DNA of 64,000 nucleotides from Selaginella moellendorffii (lineage: Eukaryota > Plantae > Lycopodiophyta), in contig NW_003314380.1 of assembly GCF_000143415.4 (NCBI RefSeq), forward strand, positions 20,924-84,923. Reading direction: 5' to 3'. Below the pieces are notes generated by a model. The model was not told where the DNA came from and did not search any database. It was given only the letters and a program-made list of their open reading frames with translations. Of the stretch, positions 1-11,945 are shown one piece after another (within the stretch, counting starts at the first letter, position 1; each line of letters begins with the position of its first letter). The translations under genes were made by a program, and so were the position numbers.

Positions 1-776
1 TCATGTAAAACCATTCCTTGACTCCACTCGAATCATGTAGCTTTTTGGACTTTGCTAATTTGACGACCCATAAAGTCCTAACTTTTTGGCTATTTTTGAG
101 GTGCTAGTTCACTAGAATACATCTTTTTGTATTCATGTCCTACTCACAAGGATCATCTTTGCAAGTGTTACTTCAACACTTGATTATTTTCCATTCTTTG
201 TAGGCTACTTTTTCCTCTTAAGATTATCTATCATATAATGAGAATACCGACCCATCCTCTAGGTATAACCCCAACTCCTTGGGTTTGTTTTAGCATTTAT
301 AAAAGGTAGCTCTAGCTAACATTTCAAGAACTCGTGTCTTTATCCATATTTGATTTCCCACGGTCATTAATTCTAGTCTCAAATTCATGAACACTAGCCT
401 CAACTATATGAAGATAATTTTATGACTTTTTTATTGTTTTGGAGTCTCTATCTTTTGTGTGATCCAAACTATAGTTGTTTACAATAACTACATTAACTAG
501 TTTGCTAAGTCAAATGCTCATCTCGATCACATCCTCAACTCTTTGAAAAAAACTTTACATTGTTCCCAAGGTCCTAAAGTTGTTCTTTTATTGGCCCTTT
601 TCTATTTACCATCTTACCTACAAGTTCACACATGAACTATAGTGGAGACCCATATCCTCCCGACCTGATAATCCTCAAGGATAGGCCCACTCTTAGGACC
701 TTCAGATGCCAACACAAGTGGTAATATACTTGTGCACCAATAAAAGTTAAATTAAGGAACAGTTCTAATACCAAGT
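1..776 (-). mobile_element. Internal (post-PBS, gag-side) remnant of a minus-strand LTR retrotransposon
   Basis: 762-773 GTTCTAATACCA is the reverse complement of a degenerate tRNA-iMet primer-binding site (TGGTATTAGAAC vs TGGTATCAGAGC), 3 nt from an LTR-type terminus at 777. No intact ORF remains. Confidence 0.55.
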
Positions 777-1495
777 TGTAAACAACTAATTTTTCCATTC
801 TCTTTAGTCACTTAACCACAATTTCAACCATATAGAGAAGTTTTACTTTCAACCTCTATAAGTCATATTCCAAACTTAGAGCTTGCTAGCCCCGAGAATG
901 GCATCCATGCCACCCAACCTTTGCACTTGGTCGAAGTGCTTCACGTATCCGATCCCATAATTGACACCCAAAAGTACCACTGACATATCGGCCCATTATG
1001 TTAAAGCCATACCCATTCACCGTTGTCACACTAGTGATTCAAAGGCTGGAAACAGCAATCCCAGTTGGAGGGGATCAGTCACACAGCAGCAAGGAGAGGA
1101 CTTCCAGGCAGCAGCAGCACCACCATTACTGGAGACGGCACACTCCTCCTCAGTTCACCGCACTGTGGGATCCAGGACAGTACATCTCCAGGGGCTTCTT
1201 ATATCTCTGGGAAACTGTAGGCGTCATACAGATGGAGATCAAGCAAGGGCGGTGTACCTTCACTGATCTCACGATCGACTCAAGTCCTTCACATCGGTAG
1301 ATGCAACCACATGGGAGAGACGAGGTTGGGGACCATGGATAAGGCGCGAAGTTCACCACCAGTACGGATAGGGAGCACGCGTTTGCGGGGTGAGTGGCAC
1401 GGATTTGGGCAGCACAGAACCGGACTCTAGTTCCTTGATCTGATCTGCACAGATCCGAACCGAACTCTAGTTCCAGGGATCCCCCCCTCATCACA
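777..1495 (-). mobile_element. Putative LTR (TGTGAT...TTTACA on the minus strand)
   Basis: TG...CA termini, a G-rich polypurine tract immediately upstream on the minus strand (1497-1503) and a PBS immediately downstream (762-773). May be chimeric: AT-rich 777-890, GC-rich 890-1495. Confidence 0.5.
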
Positions 1496-1711
1496 ACCCC
1501 CCCATATGCTCTTTGCCAGTTTCGAGCATGTCGAAACTGGACCTCTATGGTTTTCAAGAGGATAAATATGAAAAGCCCCCATTGACACTGGTGATTCAAC
1601 ACCACCTACATCATAATCCCGTCTCTCAAACACTAAGCCATCCATCCATGAATGATCATCATAGATCCACTCTTTAGCATCCTTAGGATGCCCACAAGCA
1701 TGGGGAAAAAT

Positions 1712-3020
1712 TGTCGCAAATGTGACTTTGGGTATCAAAAGATACTTGTTGGCCAATCTTTACAGACACTCTTTCCTTACTACCATGACAGCAAGAGGTC
1801 AGTACAGTTGGTTCCCATTATTGTTCCCACTTGAGTTAGTTGAGAAACTAGTTAATGACCTTGCACTTAAATTGCATAAATATAAGGTAGGAACTTTATA
1901 TATTTCTTGCTAAGTATACTCAGAAAAACTTGTGTTATTAGCTTGCACTTGCTAGTATTAAGAACCCCCACGATATTGAAATTGGTCCCTCAATATTTGC
2001 TAAATGATAGCTTACCGTGTCTGCCAAACACCCTTGCTATCATGCCCTTTGTGTTAATCTCATTTCAGTCCCAAATGCTATTTATGGAAAGTGTCTAGAT
2101 TTGCTTAGAGATTTGCTTGAATGCATTGGTGTTCATCCCGTGTCCAAATTTGCAATCTAGGGATATTCTATATTTAGTAAATTTCGAGCTTATCCCAGAG
2201 ACTAACTCCTGGTACTAAGGGAGGCTTGGGGTGAAAGCCCAAAGCGTGTGTTCCTCAAGGCAAGGGGGGGGGGGGGGGGGGGGGGGGTTGTTTGAAAACA
2301 TTTTTTAACCCTTTAAAAATTAATTTGGGTCCCCCCAGGGTATGTCGCTTCTTATTTTGGATTCGGGTTGGGGCTAAACCCCAAAACCCCACTGGTCTAG
2401 GCAAAGGGGGATCCCCCCCCCGGTAGGCCCTTGGGATGCCCAAAATCCTTTAAAACCCTTTTGGGGACAAAGGGTGGAAATTTAAAGCTGGGGCTTGGGG
2501 GAATTTATCGGACCCCCTTTTTGTAAAGGAACAAGCTTGGGGGTTGGGTCTAAAATCCGGGACGTTACATTTGGGATTAAAAAAATTGTNNNNNNNNNNN
2601 NNNNNNNNNNNNNNNNNNNNNNNNNNNNNNNNNNNNNNNNNNNNNNNNNNNNNNNNNNNNNNNNNNNNNNNNNNNNNNNNNNNNNNNNNCATTTGGTATT
2701 AGAGAAATTGTCTCAGCAATTCTTATCCAACTTTTGTCAGATTTTCTAACTCAAGTTGCATACGCAGGGACTTTTCTAGTGGATCCAAAGTGACTTATGT
2801 AGGATTAGTTGGATTGCACCATTCGGTAAAAATGTTGTATGCATGTTTAATTACTGATAGAGGCATATATGCAACTAGCAGGATGGTGAAAAGAAACCAT
2901 GCTAATGACGCAGAAACCTCTAGACAGATGAGTCGAGAGGAGGAAACTCCTACTAGAGATGCTGCAAAAGAGGTTGAGGCTGAGTTAGAAGAGGAAGAGT
3001 CAGACGCTACAGCACTATAG
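1712..3020 (+). mobile_element. 5' LTR (1712-2569), PBS (2694-2704) and gag N-terminal remnant of a Gypsy element
   Basis: TGTCGC...GTTACA termini. 1712-1923 is closely similar to the PPT-adjacent LTR start at 6680-6469 (minus). After the gap, CA-TT-TGGTATTAGAG is a PBS, followed by an acidic ORF (MVKRNHANDAETSRQ...). Confidence 0.65.
2590..2689. other. Assembly gap (100 N) preceded by a low-quality read end (~2250-2589)
   Basis: Run of N; homopolymer-rich sequence before it, including a 24-nt poly-G. Confidence 0.97.
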
Positions 3021-3048
3021 CGAACAGCTTAGGAAGTTTGCTGGAAGT

Positions 3049-6000
3049 CATAACAAATTTTTTGTTGTGTCCAAATGCTCAACCCAGTTGGTCCGCCGTG
3101 ACATAGTACCACAAATAATCCTTAAGTTGAGCATTCATGCATTCAGTCTGCCTATCAATTTGAGGATGATAAGCCATACTAAACTTCAACTTGGTACCGA
3201 ACAACTAGAACAATGTGCCCCAAAACTTCCCTGTGAATCTCGGATCTCTATCCGAGATCATCTCTTGAGGAAGACCACAAACCCACACTACATCATGGAA
3301 AAAGAGCTTTGCTGCTTGTTTTGCATTCACTGTTTCGACAGTTGGAATGAAGTGTGCAATTTTTGACAACCCATCCACAACCACTATCAAAGTATCATAA
3401 CCCTTAGACTTTGGCAAGCAAGTGATGAAATCAAGTGCCACACTATGAAATGGTCATGCCGGTACTGAAATGCACTACAACTTTCCAGCCTACTTCTTAG
3501 TTTTGCACTTACATTGCTGGCATATAGGGCAGGAACGGACATAGTCCGTTACATCACCTTTTATACTAGACTAGAAAAATCCTTTTTTCAATGAAGCTAG
3601 AGTCTTTCGCTTTTTACCATGTCCCACTACGGAAACATCATGATGTTCCCACAGAAACCAACTGCTACAGATCCTTAAAGGGAAGATACAATCTTTCTTG
3701 CTTATAGAATATAAGCCCATCCCAAACTAAGAAGTGAAGCTTCATATTGGTGCAGCTAGTAATTTTTGTTGTTTCGTTACCAGGGTTCTGCTTCAACAAC
3801 TCCACATGGTGCAAGATTGCCTTTGCCAATGGATCACTTCCATATGAAGCCTAAACATCCTCCAACCAGTCCAAACTGATTACTGATATTTCCCGAAACT
3901 AAGCCTGACAACTCATCCGGAACAATATTGTCTTTATTAGGTTTTATATGATTTCAATATTATATCTAGCAAGCTTCTCTTACCAATGAGCTTGCTTCGG
4001 CATAAGCTTAGGCTGTGTAGCAAAGTAGCTCAATGTGTTACTACTTGTATAAACTTTGGTGTGTCCACCCAAGTAGTGTCTCCAATGTTCCAATGCCGAC
4101 ACTATAACAAACATCTTCTTCTCGTGCATTGGCCATTTTCGTTAGGTTTCATCTAATTTCGTGGAATAGAACGCAACAAAACAACCATATTGCCTTAGTG
4201 TAACACTAACCACTTTGTTATAATCTTGCTACAACATGGCACCAATAGCATAGCCAAATGCATCACAATGCACTTTGAAGAGTTTATCAAGATCTGGAAT
4301 CCTAAGAATAGGAACTGTAGTCAACATCTCCTTCAATCGTACAAAAGCACGCTGACAAGTTGGTGTCCAATGAAACGGTATACTACTCTTTGTCAACTCA
4401 GTCAATGGAAGAGCAATTCTTGCAAAATTGCGGATAAACTTGCGATAATATCCCGCTAAACCAAGAAATGAATGAACATCTGATATAGTGGTCAGGACTT
4501 CCCAGGACTTCACTGCTTCCACCTTCTTTGGATCTACCTCAATTACACCACCACCAACTATATGTCTGAGAAAGTTTACGTGCAATTGTCTGAAAATGCA
4601 TTTACTTTCCTTAACATATAGTTTGTGTACACGCAACTTCTGAAACACTAACTCCAAGTGTTTCAAATGATCCTCCAATGTTTCACTGAAGGCTAGAACA
4701 TCATCGATATATAGAACAACAAATGTGTCCAAATAATCTCTGAATATTCTATCCATCATAGTGCTAAATATTGCTGGTGCATTGCATAACCTAAATGGCA
4801 TGACAAGGAACTTATAAAATCCATAGCGAGTCTTAAAAGCTGTCTTCTCCACATCCTGATCTGCCACTTGTATTTGATGATACTTGGACCGCAAATCAAG
4901 TCACATAAAATACTTGGCTTTTAAGAGTTGGTCAAATAAGTCATTAATGCGAGGCAAAGGATAACTATTTTTGACCGTGATCTTGTTGAGTGCTCAATAC
5001 TCAATACACATCCTCATAGTTTCATCCTTTTTCATAACAAAAAGGACCGGCACTCCATAAGGTGACTTGCTTGGTCGGATATGACCTTTGTCAAGAAGTT
5101 CCATAAGTTGCTTCTTGAGTTCAACCATCTCCTTGATGTTCAAATGATACAGAACTTTCATAGGTGGTTTAGAACCCAAAATAACCTCAATTTGATGATC
5201 AACCTCACAACTATGAGGTAGCTCTGGTGGCAAATCCTTCAGAAAAATATCCTGATTTTGTGCCAACAACTCCAATATCTTCTTTGGTACAAGATCAACC
5301 CCATCACCAATTCGAACCGAGTCACCAACACCCTCAACTTCCATCACTTGAACCCAAAAGGTCTGACATCCCTTCTTAGTTGTTTTTTGAGTGGCTCTTG
5401 CAGTCAAAACCTTAGTATCCCAATCCTTTGAGGAGCGCTTTTGCAATTGAAAGGACATATCGGGACGCCCTTCTAACTTTAATGTGATACAACTTTGTCC
5501 AGCATCATAAATCTCTTTAATATAATTGTTAAAGAAATCCATACCAAACACTATTTGAAAATCTGGTATCTTCAACACTACCAAGTCCACTCTTTCTTTC
5601 CACTTGGATATTTTTATTGGAACATCACTCACAAATTTTCTGACTACCTACCCACGTTTCGCAAATCAGAAATATATGGGCGACATTTGCTCAGCATTCA
5701 ATCCTAACAACTTAATTAAGTCTTCAGATATCACGCTGTGTGTAACTCTTGTGTCAATCATCACTCGGATTTGGTGTCTGCAGACAAAGCCTACCAAATA
5801 CATCAACAGATTAATGTTTGTATTGATTGCGAGAAAAATTTGAGGAAAACAACAAAAGTAACTCACCTCCTCTTCTTCATAGTCTACATTAACCAACTCA
5901 TCAACCCTTTTAGCTTCACCACCACCGTTTTCCCTCATGGCATTAATATGAGACTTTATCTTGTGTTTGTTGGGACACTCCGAGGACCTATGTCCCGACT

Positions 6001-7959
6001 CTCCACAATGGAAGCAATGACCCACACTACCCATTCCACTAGGAGTAAGGTTTGCAAGTTGCTGTTACTTGTACCCACTAGGAGGAGGAATAGAGGACTT
6101 AGGACCAGAAGAAGCTACTGGTGGTCTCCAACCACCACCACTTTTGTTAACCGTTGTTTGTAAGCCTCTAGGGTAGAGCCTTCCTTCCACCCTCTATTTC
6201 TGATCACCTTGTTTATTTCTAGAATTCTTATTTTTATTTGAGGTACCAGCATACCACTGTTGGTATTGTTTCATGAGAGACTAAAGGCAACTTGCTGCGC
6301 TACCTCCTTACACTCTAGATATATCTTTGGCTTAAATTTCAAAATCTCATTGCAAGAAAGTGAACTTAAATCCTCTAGGAAATAACTCCGAGCATCTTTG
6401 TCACTCATATTTGCAATCATAATGCGCTTTTGAGCAAACGCATTAACATAATGCATAAGGTCCCCAAACTGAGTATGCTCAACAAGAAACACATAGGGTT
6501 CCTACCTTATGTTTATCCAATTTAAGTGCAAGGTCATTAACTAGTTTCTCAACTAACTCAAATGGAAACAATAAAAGGAACCAATTATACTGACCTCCTG
6601 CCATCATGGCAGTAAGGAAAAAGTGTCTGTAAAGACTGACTGACAAGTATCTTTCAATACCCGAAGTCACATTTGCGACACTCTCCCCCCTTGGGGAAGA
6701 TGGACATCCTCGTTGATGCATACCCAAGTCTAGCAAACCATCAAGGAAACAACTCCAAAAGTTAACGGAAAACACACTATATGGGAAGCACACCGACTTA
6801 AATGAGTTATGGAATGACCTTTCCTCTACGTCCAAAGATGTTAAGACTCAGACACCCTCCAGCCATTGCCGATAAAGAAATGACTAACAGAGTTAGTCAC
6901 CCTTGCTGCTCTGAGTACCACTCCGCTTACAAAGGAATGATACACCCTTGCTTGTAGGGACATAGAGGCCCAACTTCCCCTGAGCAATAAATCAACCATG
7001 TCAGGAAGATTTAGACAACTATTATAAATTGGCAAATTAAGTTATTTACACGACCACACCCCTTTTCAAAAATGAGTCATCAAAAGAGAGGTGGGGACTT
7101 ATGATCAGTCTATAATAGTTATCCCCATGGTTATAGATTGGACCCATGCACCGATGTGCTGAAGTCAACTTACCAAAACTGACCCAAGTACTAACAAATG
7201 AGAGAAACAAAACTTTGATGTATAGAAATATATTACTTTATTGATTTGTAAGATTTATTACAAATTTTATAAAAGCTAGTCTTTATTACTATTCTCATAC
7301 TCCGTGACAAACTCACAAGCATGTGTAAGATTCCTAAGAGGTTCCCATGTTGATTCACAAATCGGGTAACCTTTCCACTTAACTTGATATTCCTTGGAAT
7401 GACCACTACGAGCTTTGTGGGACAAGAGAATCGCCTCGACCTCATACTCAAGGTCACCATGCACAAGTTCCAGAGGGAGACGAATGTCCATAGAGTGATC
7501 CGCATTAACACGATATAGTGCCAATAAACTGACATGAAACACATCATGTACATGGGACAACTCATCTGGAACATCCAACTTGTAGGATACATCACCAACT
7601 CGCACCACGGTAACAACTTCCGAGATAAATATCCTTTAATGTTCAAGTTTTGGGAAAATAGCCATAGCTGATCTCCCACTTGATAGGATACATCCTGACA
7701 ATGCTAATCCTTATCACATCGATACCTATCTTGAGCTTTGCCCATTGCATCAGTAGCTCTAGACCAACCTTGGCGTAGCTGCTTCGCATAAATCTCAACA
7801 GCTGGGACCAACACTTTGGATATTGGTTTCCATACAACAATTTATTGAGGCACCCCACGAGCATTCCCTTGCAGCATCTCCCATGGAGAATAGCCTATAG
7901 CACTGTGAAATATGTTGTTATAATAGAATTCTGTTGTGTCTAAATACTCAACCCAGTTG
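3049..7959 (-). mobile_element. Degenerate, rearranged Ty3/Gypsy chromovirus (gag-PR-RT-RH-IN plus IN C-terminus/chromodomain, PPT, partial LTR)
   Basis: Gag C-terminus 6271-6470; zinc knuckle CFHCGESGHRSSEC; protease IDTRVTHS; RT (KTAFKTRYG...VMPFRLCNAP...LYIDDVL); RNase H (VHCDAFGYAIGAML); integrase (ALDFITCLPKSKGYD...ISDRDPRF); chromodomain 7276-7608 (YEVEAIL...YQVKWKGYPICESTWEP); PPT 6681-6692. Many stops and frameshifts. Confidence 0.93.
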
Positions 7960-8269
7960 CATCCAAATGCTCAACACATTTCATAGCGCTATAGGCTGTT
8001 CTCCATGGGAGATGCTGCAAGGGAATATTCATGGGGTGCCTTAATAGATTGTTATACCAAAACTAATGTCCAAAGTGTTGGTCCCGGCTGTTGAAACTTA
8101 TGCGGAGTAGCTACGCCAAGGTTGGTCTAGAGCTACTGAGGCGATGGGAAAAGCTCAAGATAGGTATCGACGTGATAAGGATCAACATCGTTGGGATGTA
8201 TCCTATGAAGTGGGAGATCAGATGTGGCTATTTTCCCGGAACTTGAATATGAAGGGATCTTTATCTCAG
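7620..8269. repeat. Long inverted repeat (arms ~7620-7917 and ~7972-8269, ~54 nt spacer) derived from the integrase C-terminus
   Basis: The arms read as reverse complements along their whole length, e.g. CTCTAGACCAACCTTGGCGTAGCT vs AGCTACGCCAAGGTTGGTCTAGAG. Mismatches are scattered. Confidence 0.93.
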
Positions 8270-8479
8270 AGCTTCTCCCCTTGTCTCATACTTATTTCTT
8301 TTATTCCTCTCACTTATATTCCTTTTCGTCCTTTTGCTTTTACCTTTGCTTTTATCACTTTTGTCTCCCCATTACTTCCTTCTATGTTTTCGTCTTGTTC
8401 CTCTATTCCCTTTTCTGATCCCTTTGATGGTCTTTGTGTTGCAAGAAATCTCTTTGAATTTGACCTATTATTTGGGGTC

Positions 8480-11400
8480 AAGATTAGAACACATCATCCT
8501 ATTCTAACTGAGGATGGTTGTCCAATCAAGGTTCTTATTCGTCGTCAGTCACTAAAAGAGATCAAGATTTTATATACAAACGTTAAGAAAATGTTGGAAA
8601 ATAATGTTATTTGAAAGTCATAAAGTCCTTAGGCGTATAAACCTCATCTTGTGACAAAGCTTGATGGGACTATTCATTTCTGCATTGACTATTGCCCATT
8701 AAATGAAGTGATAATCCCAGATATGTACCTTCTTCCTCACACTATTGATCTCTTGGATCATCTAGGGAAAGGTCATCAGTTCCTCAAATTAGATCTTGCT
8801 TATGGGTACTAGTAAATGCCAATGGCCGAAGAAGATATTTCTAAGATTACTTTTCATACACCGTTTATGTAGCACATGTAGGGGAGAGAGATAAGGTGCG
8901 TTACAATTTAGTTTGTATGAGTTCTTGGTGATGCCGTTTGGTTTGAATAATGCTTCAGTAAATTTTTAGTAGATGATGGATTAAGTTCTTTGCGATATGC
9001 CAGAAGTGACTAATAACTTCATTAATGATGTCTTGATACACTCAAAGGGGACATAGGAGGAACATATCTATGATGTTCGTAAGGTTGTTGGATCAATTAC
9101 AGGAAGTTGATTTAAAGCTAAAGCGGTCGAAATGCATGTTTAAGTCCAACAACACAACCTATCTTAGGTAGGCAATTTTAAAATTCTTTATTTTGAAGTG
9201 TATGAATGATATGCAACATTTTGTGCAGTATCTCGATCATTTTGTTGATCATCTTTTTGATCGCACTACACCATCATGAGCATTATTGAAGTTGTCAACA
9301 TCATCTTTAATTTAGTTTGTGGAATGTGAGTGGGCATTTATGGATCTTAAAGAGCTATCGACAACTCCTCCAATATTGGCATATTTTAACTATACTCGAC
9401 CTTTTATTTTGCACATGGATGCTTCTAATATTAATCTTGAAGGTGTGTTGATGCAAAAGAACTTGAGTGTGCTTGGTTAGTGCCATCCTATTGCATATAT
9501 CAGCCATACATTAGAACTAGCAGAGGTGAACTACTCCATGATAGAGAAGTAATGTTTAGCAATAATTTGGGGTTTCGAGAAACTTCATGCATATTTACAT
9601 GGTTCTAAAATATTACTAAAAGGTGATCATGCTGTAGTTACTTCATTATTGAAACAAAAGAACTTGGATGGTTATATTGCTTAGTGGGCTTTAAAGCTTC
9701 AGATATATAATTTTGATATTATTTATTACCTAAAGGGTTCTATAACTAATACTGATGCCCTTTCTTGAGCTCCTTTTCCTTCTTCGCTTTCTTCTCATAT
9801 TTCTTATGAGCTTGTTATTCTAACATCTATGGATTTTTTTGACAAGGATTTTGTGTTGTTGGTAGTTATTATACTTAATGTTCAGAGTCCATAACATGTA
9901 GAGCAAAATTTACTTTCTTTTAACGAAGTTTATGAGGCCTAAGAAATTGAGCCATGGATTCGAAGGCTTCACGACATATTTGAAAATCCTACATCACTTG
10001 CTAATGAGTTACCATTTTGGCATTTACATTCTTAATATCGTCTTGTAGACAATCTTCTTTATTTTGTGGAGATGAATCTTGATAATCATTTATGACTAAT
10101 GGTGCCTTTAATTTGTATTCCATACTTTCTCCATGCCTACCAAGATTCTCCTATTCTAGATGGGCATATAGGACATCATTGTGTGACTAAAAAGTTATGT
10201 AGGTCTTTCTATTAGCCAAAGATATGACGTGATGTTATCCTATATGTGCATAGTTGTGTTTAGTGCCAAACTCGTAATATTCCCTCTCATGCTGTGAAAG
10301 GATAGTTACAGTCAATTGCAATTTCATGTTTTTTTGAATTTGTGGCATTTAATATGATGGGGCCTTTTCCGCAGTTGACTGATAACAATGAGTATGTCAT
10401 TATTACTTCTAGCTATCTAACTCACTAGGTGGAAATCAATGCTTTTGCGACATTGATTTCCACCTAGTGTGTTTACAACTGTTGTTGGATATTTCCTCCT
10501 CAATTGAATAATGTTTTAGCATTCCTATCCAAAACGAATACTTTCGGATAATAGTCCCATATTTATAGCTAAAGCATTTTATATTTTGATGTCTTAGTTG
10601 GGGATACGCCACACTTTCATAAATGCTTATCATCCACAGTCAGATGGTTTAGTGGAACGGCTCGTTTGGACTTTCAAAGGGATGATCATGAAGTAAATGA
10701 ACTTTTAACATTTGGATTATGATGGTTATTTACTGTCTCTTCAATATGCATATGTCACAAAAGTGTAAAGTTTATGCTTCACCATATAAACTCTTACACA
10801 ATCATAACTCAATATTACCAATGGAGTTGAGTTTACCTTCGGAATTGCCACAAGTTACTAATGTTAGGTCTTGGGATCAGTATTTAATGAGCATTCTTCC
10901 CCTTGTTTGAGTAAGGTTTACCAAGCACCTAGGTCACATACAAATGGGATAACAATGGTGCTATAACTCCCATCATCATTCACTTGCAAAGTACAAAGTA
11001 GATAATTAAATATTAGTCCATTTTCTCAATCTTATGGTATATGGTTTGTTTAAAGGGCTCCTTGCTTACTGAAAAGAGATTATATTGGGTGTTGTGGCAA
11101 TTTAAACCACAAATTTATAAGGTTTGGCATGACGTCTAACAGGTCGATCCTCCAAAAAATTGTGCATGTGTAATAGTTAAAACACTTTGTACAAACAGAT
11201 TAGGAACAATTGACACCACCTATAAATGCACTAATGCTTCCTCCTAATGTTCTTTCACATCCTGACCCATCCACAAGAGAACTTTGACTATTTTCTATCA
11301 TTCTAATAAGGGATGATGTGAAGTCTAAATGTATAGTTACAATGCCATATGTAGTGGGATTTTGATAGATTGGTTTCAATTTAGACCACTTGTTAAAGTA

Positions 11401-11500
11401 TATAAGTTAGGGTTTTTAGGCTAATTAATATGTATATCTTTGTATTCCATTTCTATATTCCATGCACTCACATTAATACTTGTTAGATACTTATCAATAA
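8480..11500 (+). mobile_element. Heavily decayed Gypsy pol (RT-RH-IN) with possible PPT and 3' LTR remnant
   Basis: Motifs persist across stops: KLDGTIHFCIDYCPLN, LKLDLAYGY, LYEFLVMPFGLNNA, FINDVLI, LHMDASN, AYHPQSDGLVER. Purine tract 11308-11316 is followed by TGTG. Confidence 0.88.
8868..8905. mobile_element. 38-bp TG...CA insertion with 5-bp target-site duplication (miniature solo-LTR-like remnant)
   Basis: TGTAGCAC...GTGCGTTACA interrupts the RT motif FHTPF|SLYEF and is flanked by GTTTA (8863-8867) and ATTTA (8906-8910). Confidence 0.7.
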
Positions 11501-11796
11501 TAGTTTATAAGAATAGTTTAAAAAACATAATTTTGAAAAATAATTATAATTTAAAATTTATATTTATTTATTTAAATTTTAAGATTTTTAGAAAAGATAC
11601 ATGGGCTAAACATTCCAATATATTTGAATATAGGAAGTATTGAAGCATTAACAATCGATATTAAGTAAGAAACAATGCTTTTTAATAGGTTCATAACTCT
11701 TAATATTATTTTATAAATACAAATTTAATTTATATGTTTAAAATTTTCTAAATGTATGAAAAAATATATATTTTATAACAGGTGAAATGATTTTGT

Positions 11797-11945
11797 TTTT
11801 GGTTTGCTTAAACAAACCTGAATAGTAGTGGATTTACCTAAAATATACTTGAATCTTCTAGGATATTCTACAATCTAACAATTATTATTCATTTAGATTA
11901 ATCTTGTACTTTTAATTTATAAACATGTTTATAATTTATAAACTT
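11797..11945 (+). repeat. AT-rich dispersed repeat (MITE/DNA-transposon-like), copy 1
   Basis: GGTTTGCTTAAACAAACCTG...GATATTCTACAATCTAA matches the reverse complement of ~61620-61706. Confidence 0.7.

Noticed and set aside
2255-2589. Poly-G tract and Pro-rich ORF; possible G-quadruplex
   Set aside because: Lies in the low-quality contig end beside the gap; homopolymer inflation is the likely cause.
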